The position numbers and the translations under genes are program-made. From positions 47,422-111,421 of the forward strand of contig JAOAEL010000002.1 of NCBI GenBank assembly GCA_026416845.1: DNA of 64,000 nt. The letters run 5' to 3'. The notes beneath the pieces are model-generated. The model saw nothing but the letters and a program-made list of their open reading frames with translations. It did not search any database and had not been told where the DNA came from. Origin of the DNA: Patescibacteria group bacterium. GTDB taxonomy: Bacteria; Patescibacteriota; Microgenomatia; UBA8517. This document shows positions 61,684 to 64,000 of the stretch, piece after piece. Each line of letters opens with the position of its first letter. The first letter of the stretch is position 1.

Positions 61684-62617
61684 ACATTATTTGTAGCAAA
61701 ATTTTTGAATCAAAGGAACCCTTTTTTTGATTTAAAAAATTTCTAATTTTTGAAACAAGATTTATTTTTTCATCAACAGTAAAATTAGTTTTATAAGGAA
61801 TGGCCCCCTTCTCAAGCCTATAAAGCATAATAGATAAACACAAAATAAGTGTCATTTTGTAATTAATTTTAGAATTTATTTTGTTCAAGTACATTTCAAA
61901 AAAATCTTCAAACACTTCACTGGGATTCATGCCACTTACTCCTTGAATAATTAAATGAGCCAAAACATATGAAATCTCAAACTCATAATTTCCTCTATGA
62001 CAATACTCCAAATCAAGAAATACAGTCCTGCTTTTATTTATTATGATATTCTTAGGGCAAACATCTCCAAGAATTATATTCCTTTTCAACTTGCACAAAA
62101 GCTTAACCGCATACTTTGCTAATTGTAATGTTTTTGCATGATTTAAAATTCTGTATTTAATATTCAAACGATAAATTCTCTTGTCACAATCACCATGTAT
62201 TGATTGTTTAAGATTTTTAGTTCGTAAATGCACATCAGAAATGGCGTTTATTATTTTCTCACAAATTTGACGCGAAAGTTGAATATCGTCACAAACTAAA
62301 GAATTCTCATCCAAAACATCTTCCATTAGAATTGAGTTGAGACGCAAACTATACCCAAGAAGCTTAGGGAAATATTTTTCCAAACCAGCATTATGCATAA
62401 TTTCCAAAGCCCTTTTTTCATAAAAAATTTTCTTATAATCAACATACAAACTAGGTAATGCTGAATAATGGCTCAATCTTTGTTTAAGAATGTATTTTTT
62501 ACCGCTTTTGGTATATATCCTAAAAACTTTGTGCACTAATCCACCATGAACATGTACACATTTTAAAATTTCATCATTTAACAAATTTGAAACAAATCCC
62601 TCTAATTTATCATCCAT
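61667..62617 (-). CDS. APH/methylthioribose kinase-like phosphotransferase
   Basis: GGLVHKVFRI, YILKQ, LMED, GDVCPKNI, LDLE; 17-nt overlap with the Ldh2 gene. Confidence 0.75.
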   Translation of the reverse strand: MDDKLEGFVSNLLNDEILKCVHVHGGLVHKVFRIYTKSGKKYILKQRLSHYSALPSLYVDYKKIFYEKRALEIMHNAGLEKYFPKLLGYSLRLNSILMEDVLDENSLVCDDIQLSRQICEKIINAISDVHLRTKNLKQSIHGDCDKRIYRLNIKYRILNHAKTLQLAKYAVKLLCKLKRNIILGDVCPKNIIINKSRTVFLDLEYCHRGNYEFEISYVLAHLIIQGVSGMNPSEVFEDFFEMYLNKINSKINYKMTLILCLSIMLYRLEKGAIPYKTNFTVDEKINLVSKIRNFLNQKKGSFDSKILLQIMYESKN

Positions 62618-62670
62618 AAAAAAGCAAAACCCCACTAAATATAAGTTATTTTTTTTGTTAATATAAACAT

Positions 62671-63798
62671 ATGAAAATTTTAATAGACGCCAGGATGTAC
62701 GGTGTAGAACACACAGGCATAGGCCGTTATACTCAAAACTTAATCACAAATATACTTAAAGTGGACAACAAAAACAAATATTTAATATTGCTTAAAGAGC
62801 CATACTTTAATCAATTAAAATTACCCCAAAACGCTGAAAAAATATTTGCGCCGTATAATCATTACTCAATCGATGAACAATTAAAACTGCCATTTCTAAT
62901 TCAATCTCTAAAACCAGATTTTGTTCATTTTTTACACATAAATGTGCCAATTATTTACAACCAACCTTTTATCGCAACCATTCACGATCTCATCATTCTA
63001 AAACAGAACAAAGAAAAAGAACTTCTGCCTATACATAAATATGTGGCAAAAAAAGCTTTTTTTGCCTTTGTTGCAAGACACGCTATTAAACAAGCATCTT
63101 ATATTATCACCCCATCAAAACATGTGAAAGACACAATAATCAAAAAGTTTAACATCAAACCAGGCAAAATCTTTCCTATCTACGAAGGGATAGAAAAATG
63201 TAACAATAAAACTCTCAAACATCCAAATCACAAAACCTTGAAAAATTACTTCCTTTATGTAGGCAACGCATTCCCACATAAAAATTTAGACAAACTTCTA
63301 GAGGCTTTAAAAATTATTAATCAAAGTTTTCAAAAAAGTTTGAAATTGGTAATTGTCACAAAGAAAAATAAATTCTTAGATTCTTTGAAAAACCAAATTA
63401 ACAAACTGAAACTAGAAAAAAATATTCTAATCAAAAGCCAGATAAACGACTCCGAGCTTTATTTTTTGTACAAAAATTCAATTGCCTTTGTTTTTCCATC
63501 TCTCGATGAGGGATTTGGTTTGCCAGGGCTGGAAGCTATCAATGCGGGAACCATCTTATGCGCTTCCAAAATTCGGGTATTCAAGGAGATATATAAGGAT
63601 AATGCTTTCTATTTTGACCCATACAACGCACACGATATGGCAAACACAATGATTAAAGCCATAAAATTATCCTCAGAAAAAAGGCAAAGAATTACAAAAA
63701 AAAGCTTTAAATATTCTCAATCTTTTAATTGGATAAAAACTGCCAAAGAGACTTTGAATGTTTATAATAATCTCTATTCCCAATTAGGTCTTAAATAG
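62671..63798 (+). CDS. GT4 glycosyltransferase
   Basis: IDAR, TGIGRY, TIHD, HKN, FVFPSLDEGFGLPGLEA. Confidence 0.92.
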   Translation: MKILIDARMYGVEHTGIGRYTQNLITNILKVDNKNKYLILLKEPYFNQLKLPQNAEKIFAPYNHYSIDEQLKLPFLIQSLKPDFVHFLHINVPIIYNQPFIATIHDLIILKQNKEKELLPIHKYVAKKAFFAFVARHAIKQASYIITPSKHVKDTIIKKFNIKPGKIFPIYEGIEKCNNKTLKHPNHKTLKNYFLYVGNAFPHKNLDKLLEALKIINQSFQKSLKLVIVTKKNKFLDSLKNQINKLKLEKNILIKSQINDSELYFLYKNSIAFVFPSLDEGFGLPGLEAINAGTILCASKIRVFKEIYKDNAFYFDPYNAHDMANTMIKAIKLSSEKRQRITKKSFKYSQSFNWIKTAKETLNVYNNLYSQLGLK

Positions 63799-63824
63799 TA
63801 AAATTTTAGTAATTTAATATATTT

Positions 63825-64000
63825 ATGCCAAAGTATAAAGAGTACGTCATGAAGATGATTAACGATCATAAAGAGATTTTTGAAGAATTCAAAGCAATTC
63901 ACGAAAAATATGCTCTTGACCCCGATGGATTGCAGGCTGAGTTTAATAAAAAAGGTGAAATCGTTAGAGACATAATACGAGAATACGAAAACAAACTATG
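63825..64000 (+). CDS. Hypothetical protein, 5' part (runs off window)
   Basis: Open frame MPKYKEYVMKMINDHKEIFEEFKAIHEKY...IIREYENKL. Confidence 0.65.
   Translation, partial: MPKYKEYVMKMINDHKEIFEEFKAIHEKYALDPDGLQAEFNKKGEIVRDIIREYENKL

Overview
AT-rich bacterial chromosome segment in genetic code 11. Gene content and reduced gene forms point to a Patescibacteria/CPR genome, probably Microgenomates (inference). From left to right it holds: a type IV pilus locus (pilB-pilT-pilC, two paralogous pilins, pilD, a partial pilin-like gene); holB-like/gyrB/ppa/gyrA; a decayed gene; a lone Xer recombinase next to an AT-rich gap with a dif-like 11-6-11 palindrome; housekeeping genes (yebC, Kef antiporter, RluA, DksA-like, efp, dnaB, hisS, rpmE, short prfA, htrA, ctpA, rpsF-ssb-rpsR, ychF); and an EcoRI-family methyltransferase plus DUF262-HNH pair downstream of tRNA-Leu(CAA). 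The right half is more accessory: a divergent XRE/HNH pair, several pseudogenes, a 1516-aa modular surface protein with an SGNH/SASA-like esterase domain, crtI-like, pyrD, a processive GT2 (QRRRW) plus membrane-anchored GH18-CBM operon, a long RelA/SpoT homolog with a degenerate synthetase, FKBP, ZIP, pyk, a kinase/Ldh2/Gfo-Idh operon and a GT4. The best candidates for an undescribed system are the GT2+GH18 operon (possible chitin-like polymer), the single-Xer/dif module with a promoter half-site, and the apparently hydrolase-only RSH with a structured leader. All calls come from reading motifs by eye; no database searches were run.
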